From positions 32,001-96,000 of the forward strand of contig JAKSOL010000005.1 of assembly GCA_024405635.1 (NCBI GenBank): DNA of 64,000 nucleotides. Reading direction: 5' to 3'. Under the pieces are notes generated by a model. It did not search any database and was not told the DNA's origin. It saw only the letters and a list, made by a program, of their open reading frames with translations. A program made the position numbers and the translations under genes. Positions 37,827 to 47,592 of the stretch are shown here, piece after piece (the stretch's first letter is position 1; every line of letters starts with the position of its first letter). This DNA comes from Salinivirgaceae bacterium. GTDB taxonomy: Bacteria; Bacteroidota; Bacteroidia; Bacteroidales; SZUA-534.

Positions 37827-40800
37827 CTAGTACTCGTCCCAGCTACTAATGGCAATTTCGTCCATTGGTACGCTGCAGAATGCAGTTATAAAAGCACTTG
37901 CCAATCGTGCATTGGTTATTAGCGGAATGTTGAAATCGACTGCGGCACGGCGAATTTTGTATCCGTTGTCAAGTTCGCGTTTGGTTAGGTTCTTTGGAAT
38001 GTTTATAACCAAATCCAATTTCTTATCGTGCAAGTAATCCATAATGTTTGGCTCTTTTGCCTCGTCGGGCCAATGGAGTTGAATGGTTTCTACTCCGTTT
38101 GCGTTTAAGAAATCGAATGTGCCGCCAGTTGTGTAAACTGTATAACCTTTTTTAAGTAATTTTTTGGTTGCCTCTAGTAACTCAACTTTTGATCGAGCTG
38201 GACCTGACGATATAAGAACATTTTGCTTTGGAATTCGATTTCCTACCGATAGCATACTTTTTAGTATTGCCTCGTAATAGTTCTCGCCCAAGCAACCAAC
38301 CTCGCCAGTTGAACTCATGTCAACACCAAGAACAGGGTCGGCTTTAAGCAAACGTGCAAATGAGAATTGAGAGGCTTTAACTCCCACATAATCAAGGTCG
38401 AAAATATCTTTATGCAAAGGCTCAACATGCTCGCCCAACATGATGCGCGTTGCCATTTCAATAAGGTTGTATTTCAACACTTTTGACACAAATGGGAACG
38501 AACGCGATGCTCGCAAATTACATTCAATTACACGCACTGCATTGTCTTTTGCAAGGAACTGAATGTTAAATGGTCCCGAAATACAAAGTTCTTTGGCTAT
38601 TGTGCGAGCAATTTTTTTGATGCGGCGAATGGTTTCTACATACAATTTTTGTGCAGGGAATACTACCGTAGCATCACCTGAGTGAACTCCTGCATACTCC
38701 ACGTGTTCGCTTATTGCATAGGCTTTCAATTCTCCGTTTTGCGCTACGGCATCTATCTCAATCTCCTTTGTTTGTTGCATAAACTCAGTTACTACAACTG
38801 GGTGATCTTTTGACACTTCGGCCGCCAATTCAAGGAAATGGCCAAGTTCTTCTTTGTTCGACACCACATTCATTGCGGCACCCGATAGCACATACGATGG
38901 ACGAATAAGCACAGGGAAACCAACCTCCTCAACAAACGAGTAAATGTCATCCAAACTGGTAAGCTCTTTCCAACGAGGCTGGTCAATACCTTGCTCGTCG
39001 CACATTGTTGAGAATTTTTGGCGGTCTTCAGCGCGGTCAATTTGACTTGCTGATGTACCCAAAATTGGCACATGTTGTTTATGCAAGCGCAATGCAAGGT
39101 TGTTTGGAATTTGACCGCCTGCTGATACAATAACACCTTTGGGCAATTCAAATTCAACAATATCAAGCACACGTTCAAAACTCAACTCATCAAAGTAAAG
39201 TCTATCGCAAGTGTCATAGTCAGTTGATACTGTTTCGGGGTTATAGTTTATCATAACCGAGCGGTAGCCACATTTTTTAATTGTGTTGATAGCGCTAACA
39301 CAGCACCAGTCAAACTCAACACTTGAACCAATGCGATAAGCTCCCGAGCCCAACACAATTACTGAGCGTCCATCGTCTTCAAAATTGATGTCGTTTTCGG
39401 TGGCATTGTATGTAACATACAAATAGTTGGTTTTTGCAGGATACTCACCAGCCAATGTGTCGATTTGCTTAACAACTGGCAAAATACCATGACGTTTACG
39501 GAACGAACGAACGGCAAGCAACTTTTCGTCGGCCGACATTTTTTTGTCCTTTATTGTATAGCGACCAATTTGGAAATCGGAAAAGCCCATTTGCTTTGCC
39601 TTGCGGAACATTGAAGGAGTAACACCTTCAACCGTTGTGTAACGGTCAAGAGCATCCTTCATGTCGTGAATATTTTTCAATCGACTCAAAAACCATTTGT
39701 CAATCTTGGTCATGTCGTGAATTTTATCCACTGTATAGCCCTTATCAAAAGCTGCTGCAATGGCAAAAATACGTTTATCGGTTGGGTTTAGCAGTTCTCC
39801 GTCAATATCTTTAACCTCTTTTAAGTTACCAACAAAGCCGTGCATTCCTTGACCAATCATGCGCAAACCTTTTTGAATAACCTCCTCAAAGGTGCGGCCA
39901 ATGGCCATAATCTCTCCCACCGACTTCATCGACGAGCCAATTACTTTTGACACTCCATCGAATTTGTTCAAGTCCCAACGTGGGATTTTACAAACTATAT
40001 AGTCCAAAGCTGGCTCAAAGCAAGCCGAAGTAACTTTGGTAACCGAGTTCTTTATTTCGTGTAAGCCATAGCCCAAACCAAGTTTAGCAGCCACAAAAGC
40101 TAGAGGATAACCAGTAGCCTTTGATGCCAATGCCGACGAACGGCTCAAACGTGCGTTAACCTCAATAACTCTGTAGTCTTCCGAATTTGGATCTAATGCA
40201 TATTGAACGTTGCACTCGCCCACAATGCCTACGTGACGAATAATATCGATGGCTATTTTACGAAGTTTGTGATACTCACTATTGCTCAATGTTTGACTTG
40301 GAGCCACAACAATCGACTCGCCAGTGTGAATGCCAAGAGGGTCAAAGTTCTCCATGTTACAAACTGTGATGCAGTTATCGTATTTATCACGAACAACCTC
40401 ATATTCAACCTCTTTCCAACCCTTTAGCGATTCTTCGACCAAAATTTGTGGCGAATAAGCAAATGCACTTGATGCCAATTTTTCAAGTTCCTCTTGGTTT
40501 GAGCAAAAGCCCGAACCTAAACCTCCCAAGGTGTAGGCGGCACGAATAATAAGAGGGAAACCGAGTTCAGCAGCAGCGGCATGAGCCTCTTGCATGTTGT
40601 TTGCGGCAATGCTACGTGGAGTTTTAACATTAATCTCATGCAACTGATTGGCAAATAGTTCGCGGTCTTCGGTGTTTATAATAGCCTGAACTGGAGTACC
40701 GAGCACTTGCACATCGTATTTTTCAAGCACACCGCTTTTATACAAAGCAACACCGCAGTTCAATGCAGTTTGTCCACCAAACGATAGCAAAATACCATCG

Positions 40801-41039
40801 GGGCGCTCTTTTTCAATAACCTTTTCAACAAACTCTGGAGTTACAGGCAAAAAGTAAATTTTGTCGGCAACGCCCTCCGATGTTTGCACAGTAGCAATGT
40901 TAGGGTTGATAAGTACGCTGTATTTGCCCTCCTCGCGAATGGCCTTCAACGCTTGTGAACCAGAATAATCGAACTCGCCAGCCTCACCAATTTTAAGTGC
41001 GCCCGAGCCCAATAGTAATATCTTGTTTATCTCTTTCAT
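37827..41039 (-). CDS. carB: Carbamoyl-phosphate synthase large subunit
   Basis: GEFDYSGSQA, GIHTGES, EVNARLSRSSALASKATGYP, GSSVEFDWC, GVHSGD; C-terminal MGS domain; 1070 aa. Confidence 0.98.
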   Translation of the reverse strand: MKEINKILLLGSGALKIGEAGEFDYSGSQALKAIREEGKYSVLINPNIATVQTSEGVADKIYFLPVTPEFVEKVIEKERPDGILLSFGGQTALNCGVALYKSGVLEKYDVQVLGTPVQAIINTEDRELFANQLHEINVKTPRSIAANNMQEAHAAAAELGFPLIIRAAYTLGGLGSGFCSNQEELEKLASSAFAYSPQILVEESLKGWKEVEYEVVRDKYDNCITVCNMENFDPLGIHTGESIVVAPSQTLSNSEYHKLRKIAIDIIRHVGIVGECNVQYALDPNSEDYRVIEVNARLSRSSALASKATGYPLAFVAAKLGLGYGLHEIKNSVTKVTSACFEPALDYIVCKIPRWDLNKFDGVSKVIGSSMKSVGEIMAIGRTFEEVIQKGLRMIGQGMHGFVGNLKEVKDIDGELLNPTDKRIFAIAAAFDKGYTVDKIHDMTKIDKWFLSRLKNIHDMKDALDRYTTVEGVTPSMFRKAKQMGFSDFQIGRYTIKDKKMSADEKLLAVRSFRKRHGILPVVKQIDTLAGEYPAKTNYLYVTYNATENDINFEDDGRSVIVLGSGAYRIGSSVEFDWCCVSAINTIKKCGYRSVMINYNPETVSTDYDTCDRLYFDELSFERVLDIVEFELPKGVIVSAGGQIPNNLALRLHKQHVPILGTSASQIDRAEDRQKFSTMCDEQGIDQPRWKELTSLDDIYSFVEEVGFPVLIRPSYVLSGAAMNVVSNKEELGHFLELAAEVSKDHPVVVTEFMQQTKEIEIDAVAQNGELKAYAISEHVEYAGVHSGDATVVFPAQKLYVETIRRIKKIARTIAKELCISGPFNIQFLAKDNAVRVIECNLRASRSFPFVSKVLKYNLIEMATRIMLGEHVEPLHKDIFDLDYVGVKASQFSFARLLKADPVLGVDMSSTGEVGCLGENYYEAILKSMLSVGNRIPKQNVLISSGPARSKVELLEATKKLLKKGYTVYTTGGTFDFLNANGVETIQLHWPDEAKEPNIMDYLHDKKLDLVINIPKNLTKRELDNGYKIRRAAVDFNIPLITNARLASAFITAFCSVPMDEIAISSWDEY

Positions 41040-41063
41040 CTTTTTGATTTTCTGTTTGATGCG

Positions 41064-42143
41064 TTATTTACTCTTTGCCATATTCTCTACAAACAAATCG
41101 AACAACCATTCGGTATCAACTGGGCCGCTGCATGCCTCTGGATGGAACTGAGCCGAGAAAAATGGTTTGCTCTTATGACGAATGCCCTCGTTTGTACCAT
41201 CGTTCACATTCACAAAGAATGGTTCCCAATCGGTTGGCAAAGTTTTGTCATCGATAGCAAAACCATGGTTTTGTGATGTAATGTAGCATCGATTTGAACC
41301 TGGTGTAATTACAGGTTGATTGTGCGAGCGGTGTCCAAATTTCAATTTATAAGTTTCAGCACCAGCTGCACGGGCCATCAATTGGTTGCCCAAACAGATA
41401 CCCATAATAGGTTTGTTTCCTGCAAGTATCTTTTTAATATTTTGCACTGTAACGTCGCACACGGCAGGGTCGCCAGGACCGTTTGAAAGGAAAAAGCCAT
41501 CGCACTCCTCGTTAGCAAAATCGTAGTTCCAAGGCACACGCACCACTGTAACATCGCGGCGCAACAAGCAACGAATAATATTGTATTTAACTCCGCAATC
41601 GACCAACACAACTTTGTACTTGCCGTTGCCATAAGTTTTGACTTCGGAAGTAGAAACCTGAGCTACAAGGTTGTCTTTGTTTGGATCGTAAAAATCAACC
41701 TCTTCGTTTGCAAATTCTATTTTGCCGAGCATTGATCCACAATCGCGCAGTTTTTTTGTCAAAGCACGGGTATCAATACCAAAAAGCCCCGGCACCTGTT
41801 GTTCTTTTAACCAATCGCCGAGACTTTTTTCTGAATTCCAATGGCTTGGATCAAATGAATAATCCGAAATAACCAAGCCTGAACAGTGAATTTTATCCGA
41901 CTCAAAAAAGGCAGGCAACCCGTCTTCTTCTTTTTGGCGAGGAACACCATAATTACCAATCATTGGGTAGGTTGGTACCAAAATCTGGCCTTTATACGAT
42001 GGGTCAGTCAAACTTTCGGGATAACCCATCATGGCTGTATAAAAAACAACTTCCCCCGAAATAGATTTCTCATATCCGAAAGAAGTTCCTTCAAAAACAG
42101 TTCCGTCTTGCAGAACCAGACGTGCTTTCTTAACGCTTTGCAT
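41064..42143 (-). CDS. carA: Carbamoyl-phosphate synthase small subunit
   Basis: TDPSYKGQI, SNGPGDP, GICLG, QNHG, QFHPEA. Confidence 0.98.
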   Translation of the reverse strand: MQSVKKARLVLQDGTVFEGTSFGYEKSISGEVVFYTAMMGYPESLTDPSYKGQILVPTYPMIGNYGVPRQKEEDGLPAFFESDKIHCSGLVISDYSFDPSHWNSEKSLGDWLKEQQVPGLFGIDTRALTKKLRDCGSMLGKIEFANEEVDFYDPNKDNLVAQVSTSEVKTYGNGKYKVVLVDCGVKYNIIRCLLRRDVTVVRVPWNYDFANEECDGFFLSNGPGDPAVCDVTVQNIKKILAGNKPIMGICLGNQLMARAAGAETYKLKFGHRSHNQPVITPGSNRCYITSQNHGFAIDDKTLPTDWEPFFVNVNDGTNEGIRHKSKPFFSAQFHPEACSGPVDTEWLFDLFVENMAKSK

Positions 42144-42166
42144 AATTATCTAACATATAAACTGCG

Positions 42167-42174
42167 CAAAATTA
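42167..42174 (-). promoter_or_regulatory. -7 promoter box for carAB
   Basis: TAATTTTG on the minus strand, 23 bp upstream of the ATG. Confidence 0.7.
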
Positions 42175-42323
42175 TAGGAGCAAGATGTTTGTTGCAAGCA
42201 CTATTTTCGCATTTAGTAAAATACGTATCGCAGTTAAAACCGACAACTTTATTGATTAAACATTGAGCCAAAAACTCACTTTTTACTGCGCAATGCAGAA
42301 AAACATTTCCACTTACCAACTAC

Positions 42324-42359
42324 AAAAAAAGCAGCCTGAAAAAAAATCAAGCTGCTTTT
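42324..42359 (-). terminator. rpmH intrinsic terminator
   Basis: Minus strand reads AAAAGCAGCTTGA..TCAGGCTGCTTTTTTT. Confidence 0.85.
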
Positions 42360-42381
42360 CTGTATCATCAATTTGATAAGA

Positions 42382-42540
42382 TTATGCTTTGTGAAGCTTT
42401 TCGTCAGAAACAGTAAGTTTCTTTCTGCCTTTTGCACGACGAGCTGCTAATACGCGGCGACCATTTTTGGTAGCCATTCTCTCACGGAAACCATGTTTGT
42501 TTCTACGTTTTCTTTGCGATGGTTGAAATGTTCTTTTCAT
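42382..42540 (-). CDS. rpmH: 50S ribosomal protein L34 (not in the ORF track; 52 aa)
   Basis: Hand translation: [52 protein letters not shown]. Confidence 0.98.
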   Translation of the reverse strand: MKRTFQPSQRKRRNKHGFRERMATKNGRRVLAARRAKGRKKLTVSDEKLHKA

Positions 42541-42578
42541 CTTTTTATGTTTATGTTATTATTTTCCAAATCGGTGTG

Positions 42579-42609
42579 CAAAAGTATCTTTTTTTTTATT
42601 CAAAGCAAA
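42579..42609 (-). promoter_or_regulatory. rpmH promoter
   Basis: TACTTTTG (-7) at 42579-42586 and TTTG (-33) at 42606-42609; 19-bp spacer. Confidence 0.75.
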
Positions 42610-42706
42610 TGCTTTTTCTAAATAAAGATGTGTTTTTCTTTTCATTAGCCTGTCTATTGTTTATTACTGAATACCAATTATTTATTAAAGTCATTCAGTC
42701 AATAAC

Positions 42707-44143
42707 CTACTTTTTGCGATTAAACTCATCTTCAAGAACCTTGCGCAGTGTATCTACATCGATTCGTTTGGCAAGTATTTTTTTGTGGCGATCGAGCAAG
42801 TAAATTGATGGGGTTGAACTAATGTCGTAATAGTGACGGAAATACGACTGGTTGTACGGATCCCACACATTTATCCAATTTTCGAGGCCTTGGGCTTCAA
42901 TAAATTTGGTCCACTCTTCTTTATTTGTCTGAGTGTAAACTGCAAACACCTCAACTCCTTTGCTCCAATACTCGTCGGCCAACTCTTTCATTTTTGGGGT
43001 GGCTTTTTTACAATGTCCGCAGCTAGGTTCAAAAAAGAACATAATGGTGTATTCAGCATTAACCGACGACAAGGTTCGCTGCTCGTCGTCAACGGTATAA
43101 AGTTTTAATTCAACTGCCTGATTACCAACCGAATTGTAACGCAATTCCTCTACTCGTTTGCGCAGTTTTTCAAGCCATTCTGGGTCGGCCCAAGGTGTGC
43201 GACCATTAAGATAGTAGTAGTCGCCAAAAAACACCACCACTTTGTCCATTCCCATAATGTTGCTACTGTTGTATTTGTTAAAAATGGTTTGAAGCAAATA
43301 CTTAAACATTTCGGTATCGGTAATGCCATCTAAAAGAGCCCTACTCTCTTTAATAATAGTGTCGGGGGCTGGCAGAATCATTTTTTCGAAGTAGTAGTTC
43401 ACCTTTTGATGCAAAAAATTGGTACGAATAAGTCGAGCATCGTTAAGGTCGATGTTATCGAAATAATGCGCTTTATAATATTTGTATTGAAAAGCCGAAT
43501 CGAGCACATTTCCGTTTTCATCGCGTGGAAAATCTGGGATATCAATCTCACGGTTGATGCGCAACAGTGCAGCTAAAATTGATTTTGGATGCAAGTTGTC
43601 AACCTCAGCCCATCGAGTTTGTACTTGCTGATAAAGCAGGTTAAGGCTGTCTTTTGCGCGTTGTCTTTCGGCTGCATTGGTTGAATTGCGTGCGCGTTGG
43701 TTAAGTGGGATTGCTATTTCGTTTTGTCGCTGCATAAATTGCTGATAGTCGGCATAATATTCCAACTCTGGAGCATTGGTAATGCGCAAATAGCGAGTAA
43801 GGTCGGCTGCACTACCTGTAAATTTGGTTGTTAGCGAAAAAACTTGCTCTTGGTCAATTGGCAATTCAAAGATGCTATTGCCTGGTACTAACACAAAATA
43901 CATACCTCCATTAAGAGGTTCTTTTCCAGCAAACTCACCACGACCTTTTTTGTCGAGTTTTATTGTGTCTTTAACATACTGTTTGTCGCCATAATAGTAA
44001 CCAAGATAGATATTACTATCGGCTAAATTATCAATCTGCACTTTAATGCTATAATGAGTTGGCTCGGCTGTTTTTTGTGCCGATGCACTTGCGAATGCAA
44101 AAACCGATACTGCCGCAACTATAGATTTTAACAAAACATTCAT
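42707..44143 (-). CDS. Exported TlpA/thioredoxin-fold protein (DUF4369/DUF5106-type N-terminus)
   Basis: Signal peptide MNVLLKSIVAAVSVFAFASASA; C-terminal FFEPSCGHCKK and YDISSTPSIYLLD. Confidence 0.85.
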   Translation of the reverse strand: MNVLLKSIVAAVSVFAFASASAQKTAEPTHYSIKVQIDNLADSNIYLGYYYGDKQYVKDTIKLDKKGRGEFAGKEPLNGGMYFVLVPGNSIFELPIDQEQVFSLTTKFTGSAADLTRYLRITNAPELEYYADYQQFMQRQNEIAIPLNQRARNSTNAAERQRAKDSLNLLYQQVQTRWAEVDNLHPKSILAALLRINREIDIPDFPRDENGNVLDSAFQYKYYKAHYFDNIDLNDARLIRTNFLHQKVNYYFEKMILPAPDTIIKESRALLDGITDTEMFKYLLQTIFNKYNSSNIMGMDKVVVFFGDYYYLNGRTPWADPEWLEKLRKRVEELRYNSVGNQAVELKLYTVDDEQRTLSSVNAEYTIMFFFEPSCGHCKKATPKMKELADEYWSKGVEVFAVYTQTNKEEWTKFIEAQGLENWINVWDPYNQSYFRHYYDISSTPSIYLLDRHKKILAKRIDVDTLRKVLEDEFNRKK

Positions 44144-44270
44144 TGCTACTATTGTATATTTATGAATAACGTCACAAAACAAATAAAATTATACGAGTTG
44201 GCTATTGGCAAAGTCTGAAAGTTGAACTTATAATAGTTATTATTTATAGTAGCACCTATAAAATCCCCTT

Positions 44271-44278
44271 TATCTTTG
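44271..44278 (+). promoter_or_regulatory. -7 promoter box, nearly leaderless transcript
   Basis: TATCTTTG ends 6 bp before ATG 44285. Confidence 0.6.
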
Positions 44279-44284
44279 CACACA

Positions 44285-45634
44285 ATGAGAACGGTAAATC
44301 AATTGTCGGACATTTTAATAATTCCACTACTATTGTTGGTGGTGTTTGCCGTTGCACAAATAATAAAAAACCGTCGCATTGACGAGCAACCTCACTACAA
44401 GTATTTTACAGCAGGCCTGATGCTAAAAATTATGGCAGGTCTATTGTTTGCCGCTATTTATACTTTTCACTATGGCGAAACCGACACTCACTATTATTAT
44501 TGGGGAACAAAATGTTTGTCGCGCTTATTCAGCAAAGACTTTAATGGTTTTGTTCGCATTTTGTTAGGTGACCATACTCCCGAGGCTGCTTCGCTTTTTG
44601 ATAGTACAACAGGATGGCCAACCTATTGGCGCGATGTAAACTCTTTTGCCGTTTGCCGTTTCAACATATTATTCTACTGGCTTGGCTTTGGTTCGTTTTG
44701 GGGCAACACCATTGTAATGAATGTGTTTCTTTTTACTGGAATATGGAGGTTTTACAATGTTGTGCGAACCATTTTTCCGGGCAACGACCGTAACTTGGCC
44801 ATTGCAACTTTGTTTATTCCATCGGTAACCTTTTGGGGTTCGGGATTGCTGAAAGATGGTTGGTGCTTGGTTGCCACACTATTTATCTTCTGCGCCATTT
44901 ACAACTTATTTATTGTTCGCCGATTTAGTTTAATTCACATTGCATCGCTCATTATGTGGGCATACATTAGCATAAGCATACGACCATACTCGTTTTTTAC
45001 AGCCGTGGGAGCCTCGCTCATTTGGATATGTGCACAACAAATACGCAACATAAATAATGCTATTCTGCGCACAATTGGGTTCCCTATTATTGTAGCAATG
45101 TTTGCATTATCGGGCGTGTGGGCATTTTCGCAATTTGGCAGCATGTCGGGTAATAGCCGATACGAGAGCATTGATGCCATTATTGAAACCGCCATCGTGG
45201 TGCAAAACGACTTAAAACAAGAGTACTATGGTGGCAATAGTTTTGATATTGGCGAAATAACCCCAAGTCTTTTTGGAATAATAAGCAAAGCGCCCAAAGC
45301 CATTATGGCAGGTTTTTTTAGACCATACATTTGGGACGTGCGCAACGCTTTTATGCTTTTGTCGGGAATTGAAAGCCTTTTGCTTATGATTATTACCATA
45401 CAAATTATTTCACGTTTAGGCATAAAGCAAATATTCTCAACCATTTGGCGCACACCATTCCTTATCACAAGCATATCGTTTGCGTTGGTTTACGCATTTT
45501 TTGTGGGGCTAACCACAGCAAACTTTGGTGCATTGGTTCGATACCGAATGCCCGTGCTTATGTTTTTTGCCATTGTGTTAGCAGTACTTTGGCAACAATC
45601 GAATAACGAACAAGAAACAACACAACAAGAATAA
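44285..45634 (+). CDS. Multi-pass membrane protein, possible GT-C/polymerase-like
   Basis: About 11 TMs; loop motifs ETDTHYY, PSVTFWGSGLLKD, RPY, NFGALVRYR. Confidence 0.6.
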   Translation: MRTVNQLSDILIIPLLLLVVFAVAQIIKNRRIDEQPHYKYFTAGLMLKIMAGLLFAAIYTFHYGETDTHYYYWGTKCLSRLFSKDFNGFVRILLGDHTPEAASLFDSTTGWPTYWRDVNSFAVCRFNILFYWLGFGSFWGNTIVMNVFLFTGIWRFYNVVRTIFPGNDRNLAIATLFIPSVTFWGSGLLKDGWCLVATLFIFCAIYNLFIVRRFSLIHIASLIMWAYISISIRPYSFFTAVGASLIWICAQQIRNINNAILRTIGFPIIVAMFALSGVWAFSQFGSMSGNSRYESIDAIIETAIVVQNDLKQEYYGGNSFDIGEITPSLFGIISKAPKAIMAGFFRPYIWDVRNAFMLLSGIESLLLMIITIQIISRLGIKQIFSTIWRTPFLITSISFALVYAFFVGLTTANFGALVRYRMPVLMFFAIVLAVLWQQSNNEQETTQQE

Positions 45635-45637
45635 ACA

Positions 45638-47515
45638 ATGTCAACAAAATCGCGATTTGCAGCACTATTTGCCACAAACTTTTGTGGTGTAATGAACGAC
45701 AACTATTTGAAAATGTTGGTGGTTTTTGTAGCCACAGCGTGGGTTGCTCCTCAGTATCGCGACCTAATAATAACCCTAACTCCGGGCGCATTGGTTTTTC
45801 CTTACCTTATTTTCTCGCCTTTAGCTGGCAAACTGCCGCAAATGTGCAACAAGGTAACAGTGGTACGCTGGGCCAAAATTGCCGAAATACCAATAATGAT
45901 AGTTGCCATTGTTGGTTTTTGCTTACACAACATTTGGTTAGCTCTTACTAGTGTGCTACTTATGGGTTTGCAATCGGCATTGTTTTCGCCATCAAAATAT
46001 GGTTTAATAAAAGACATTGGCGGACCTGAAGGCATATCGCACGGAATGGGCGTAATGGAGGCCATTGCCTTTATGGGCATGCTATTAGGCACTGTTCTTG
46101 CCGCAACCATGGCCGACCATGCATCGCTGTTTGTTCAATGCACACTACTTATTGTACTTGCAGCATTTGGAATGCTTTTTTCCTTTGTACTTAAAGCCGA
46201 TGAAGAAAAAGAGGCCATTGACACTCCTATTGGCATTATTAGTTTTCTGCGGTCAACATCAAAACTGATTAGCAAATACCGCGGACTAAACGGTATTATT
46301 CATGTGCTTTCAATTTTTTGGTGGCTATCGGCAACCTTGCAAATGGTGGTGGTTATTTATTGTAGCAAACTATTGGGACTTGACTCAACTCAGCAAGGTA
46401 TTTTGCTTGCCATTGTTGCTGTTGGCATTTCGGTTGGTTGCGTAATTGGCGGTCAGCTTGACAAACACCATTTTATGCTTGGGCTTGTTCCTGCATTTGG
46501 TTTTGCTGTAGGAATAATGCTGTTAGCAATATTCTTTATCAACCTCAACACAGTATGGTTCACCATTTTAGTATTTTCAGTTGCTTTTACTTGCGGATTA
46601 TTCAAAATTCCACTTGATGCCGAAATACAAAAACAAGCCGACATTAGCGAGCTGAACATTGTACTAGCCTACTTTAACCAAATTTCGTTTATATACATTT
46701 TTGCAGCATCGGCAACCACAAGCATACTAAACATGTTTTTTGATGTTACTTATGTTTTCTTGTTTGCGGCATTGGTGATGTTTGCGGCTTCGTTCTACAT
46801 TTTGTTCAACTACCGACCAATGATGTGCAACTTTGCTCGCCGACTGATGCACTTGCACTACATCGTTACTATTACAGGCCGCAACAACCTTGAATGTAAC
46901 AATGGCGAAAACCTGTTCATTTTGCCAGCACACCGCGCAGTAATTGACCCTATGCTGCTTTTTACCGAATTTTTCGATGTTCGTATGCAACCTATGGTTG
47001 ACGAAGGTTATTTCAGCATACCACTAATTGGCCACGTGTTAGGCGAATTTGACTCAATTATGGTTCCAGACCTTATGCTGTCGCGCAACGGAGTGGAACA
47101 AGCAAAAACATTAACAAACATTGGGCGTGATGCTCTTGCCAATGGACGCAACTTGCTCATTTACCCATCGGGACATATAACTACCAATGGTAAAGAGACA
47201 ATAGGTTCGCGACGTTTGGCTCACGAGCTTTGTTCAGCATTACCACAAAACACCAAAGTTGTGACAATAAAAATTGCAGGATTATGGGGCAGCGAATGGA
47301 GTCGATTTGGACTTAACCACACGCCAAGCATTGTACGATTGCTATTCAAAAGCCTTGCGCTGATGATGTGCGGTGCAATATTCTTTATCAAAAAACGTAA
47401 CGTAAGCCTAATTGTTGACGACATAACAGAGCTGGCTCGTCAATGGGCACCACTTGGCAAAATGGAGTTTAATCGCAACCTTGAAGAGTGGCTAAACAAA
47501 GGTATTGAGGAGTAA
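45638..47515 (+). CDS. MFS (LplT-like) + PlsC-type acyltransferase fusion (Aas-like, no synthetase domain)
   Basis: NDNYLK and QSALFSPSKYG in the MFS part; HRAVID (HX4D) and IYPSG in the acyltransferase part. Confidence 0.85.
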   Translation: MSTKSRFAALFATNFCGVMNDNYLKMLVVFVATAWVAPQYRDLIITLTPGALVFPYLIFSPLAGKLPQMCNKVTVVRWAKIAEIPIMIVAIVGFCLHNIWLALTSVLLMGLQSALFSPSKYGLIKDIGGPEGISHGMGVMEAIAFMGMLLGTVLAATMADHASLFVQCTLLIVLAAFGMLFSFVLKADEEKEAIDTPIGIISFLRSTSKLISKYRGLNGIIHVLSIFWWLSATLQMVVVIYCSKLLGLDSTQQGILLAIVAVGISVGCVIGGQLDKHHFMLGLVPAFGFAVGIMLLAIFFINLNTVWFTILVFSVAFTCGLFKIPLDAEIQKQADISELNIVLAYFNQISFIYIFAASATTSILNMFFDVTYVFLFAALVMFAASFYILFNYRPMMCNFARRLMHLHYIVTITGRNNLECNNGENLFILPAHRAVIDPMLLFTEFFDVRMQPMVDEGYFSIPLIGHVLGEFDSIMVPDLMLSRNGVEQAKTLTNIGRDALANGRNLLIYPSGHITTNGKETIGSRRLAHELCSALPQNTKVVTIKIAGLWGSEWSRFGLNHTPSIVRLLFKSLALMMCGAIFFIKKRNVSLIVDDITELARQWAPLGKMEFNRNLEEWLNKGIEE

Positions 47516-47534
47516 CAAACAACATACTATAAAC

Positions 47535-47573
47535 AAATAGCCCCGATAAGGAGATTCTTTATCGGGGCTGTTT
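47535..47573. terminator. Bidirectional terminator between convergent genes
   Basis: AAATAGCCCCGATAAG / TTTATCGGGGCTGTTT. Confidence 0.85.
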
Positions 47574-47592
47574 ATGTTATTGATAATTGTTA

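Noticed and set aside
42144-42706. Replication origin near rpmH
   Set aside because: No dnaA or rnpA neighbours and no cluster of DnaA boxes is visible.
42519-42803. 94-aa plus-strand ORF
   Set aside because: It is low-complexity, lies over the rpmH promoter, and overlaps two real minus-strand genes.
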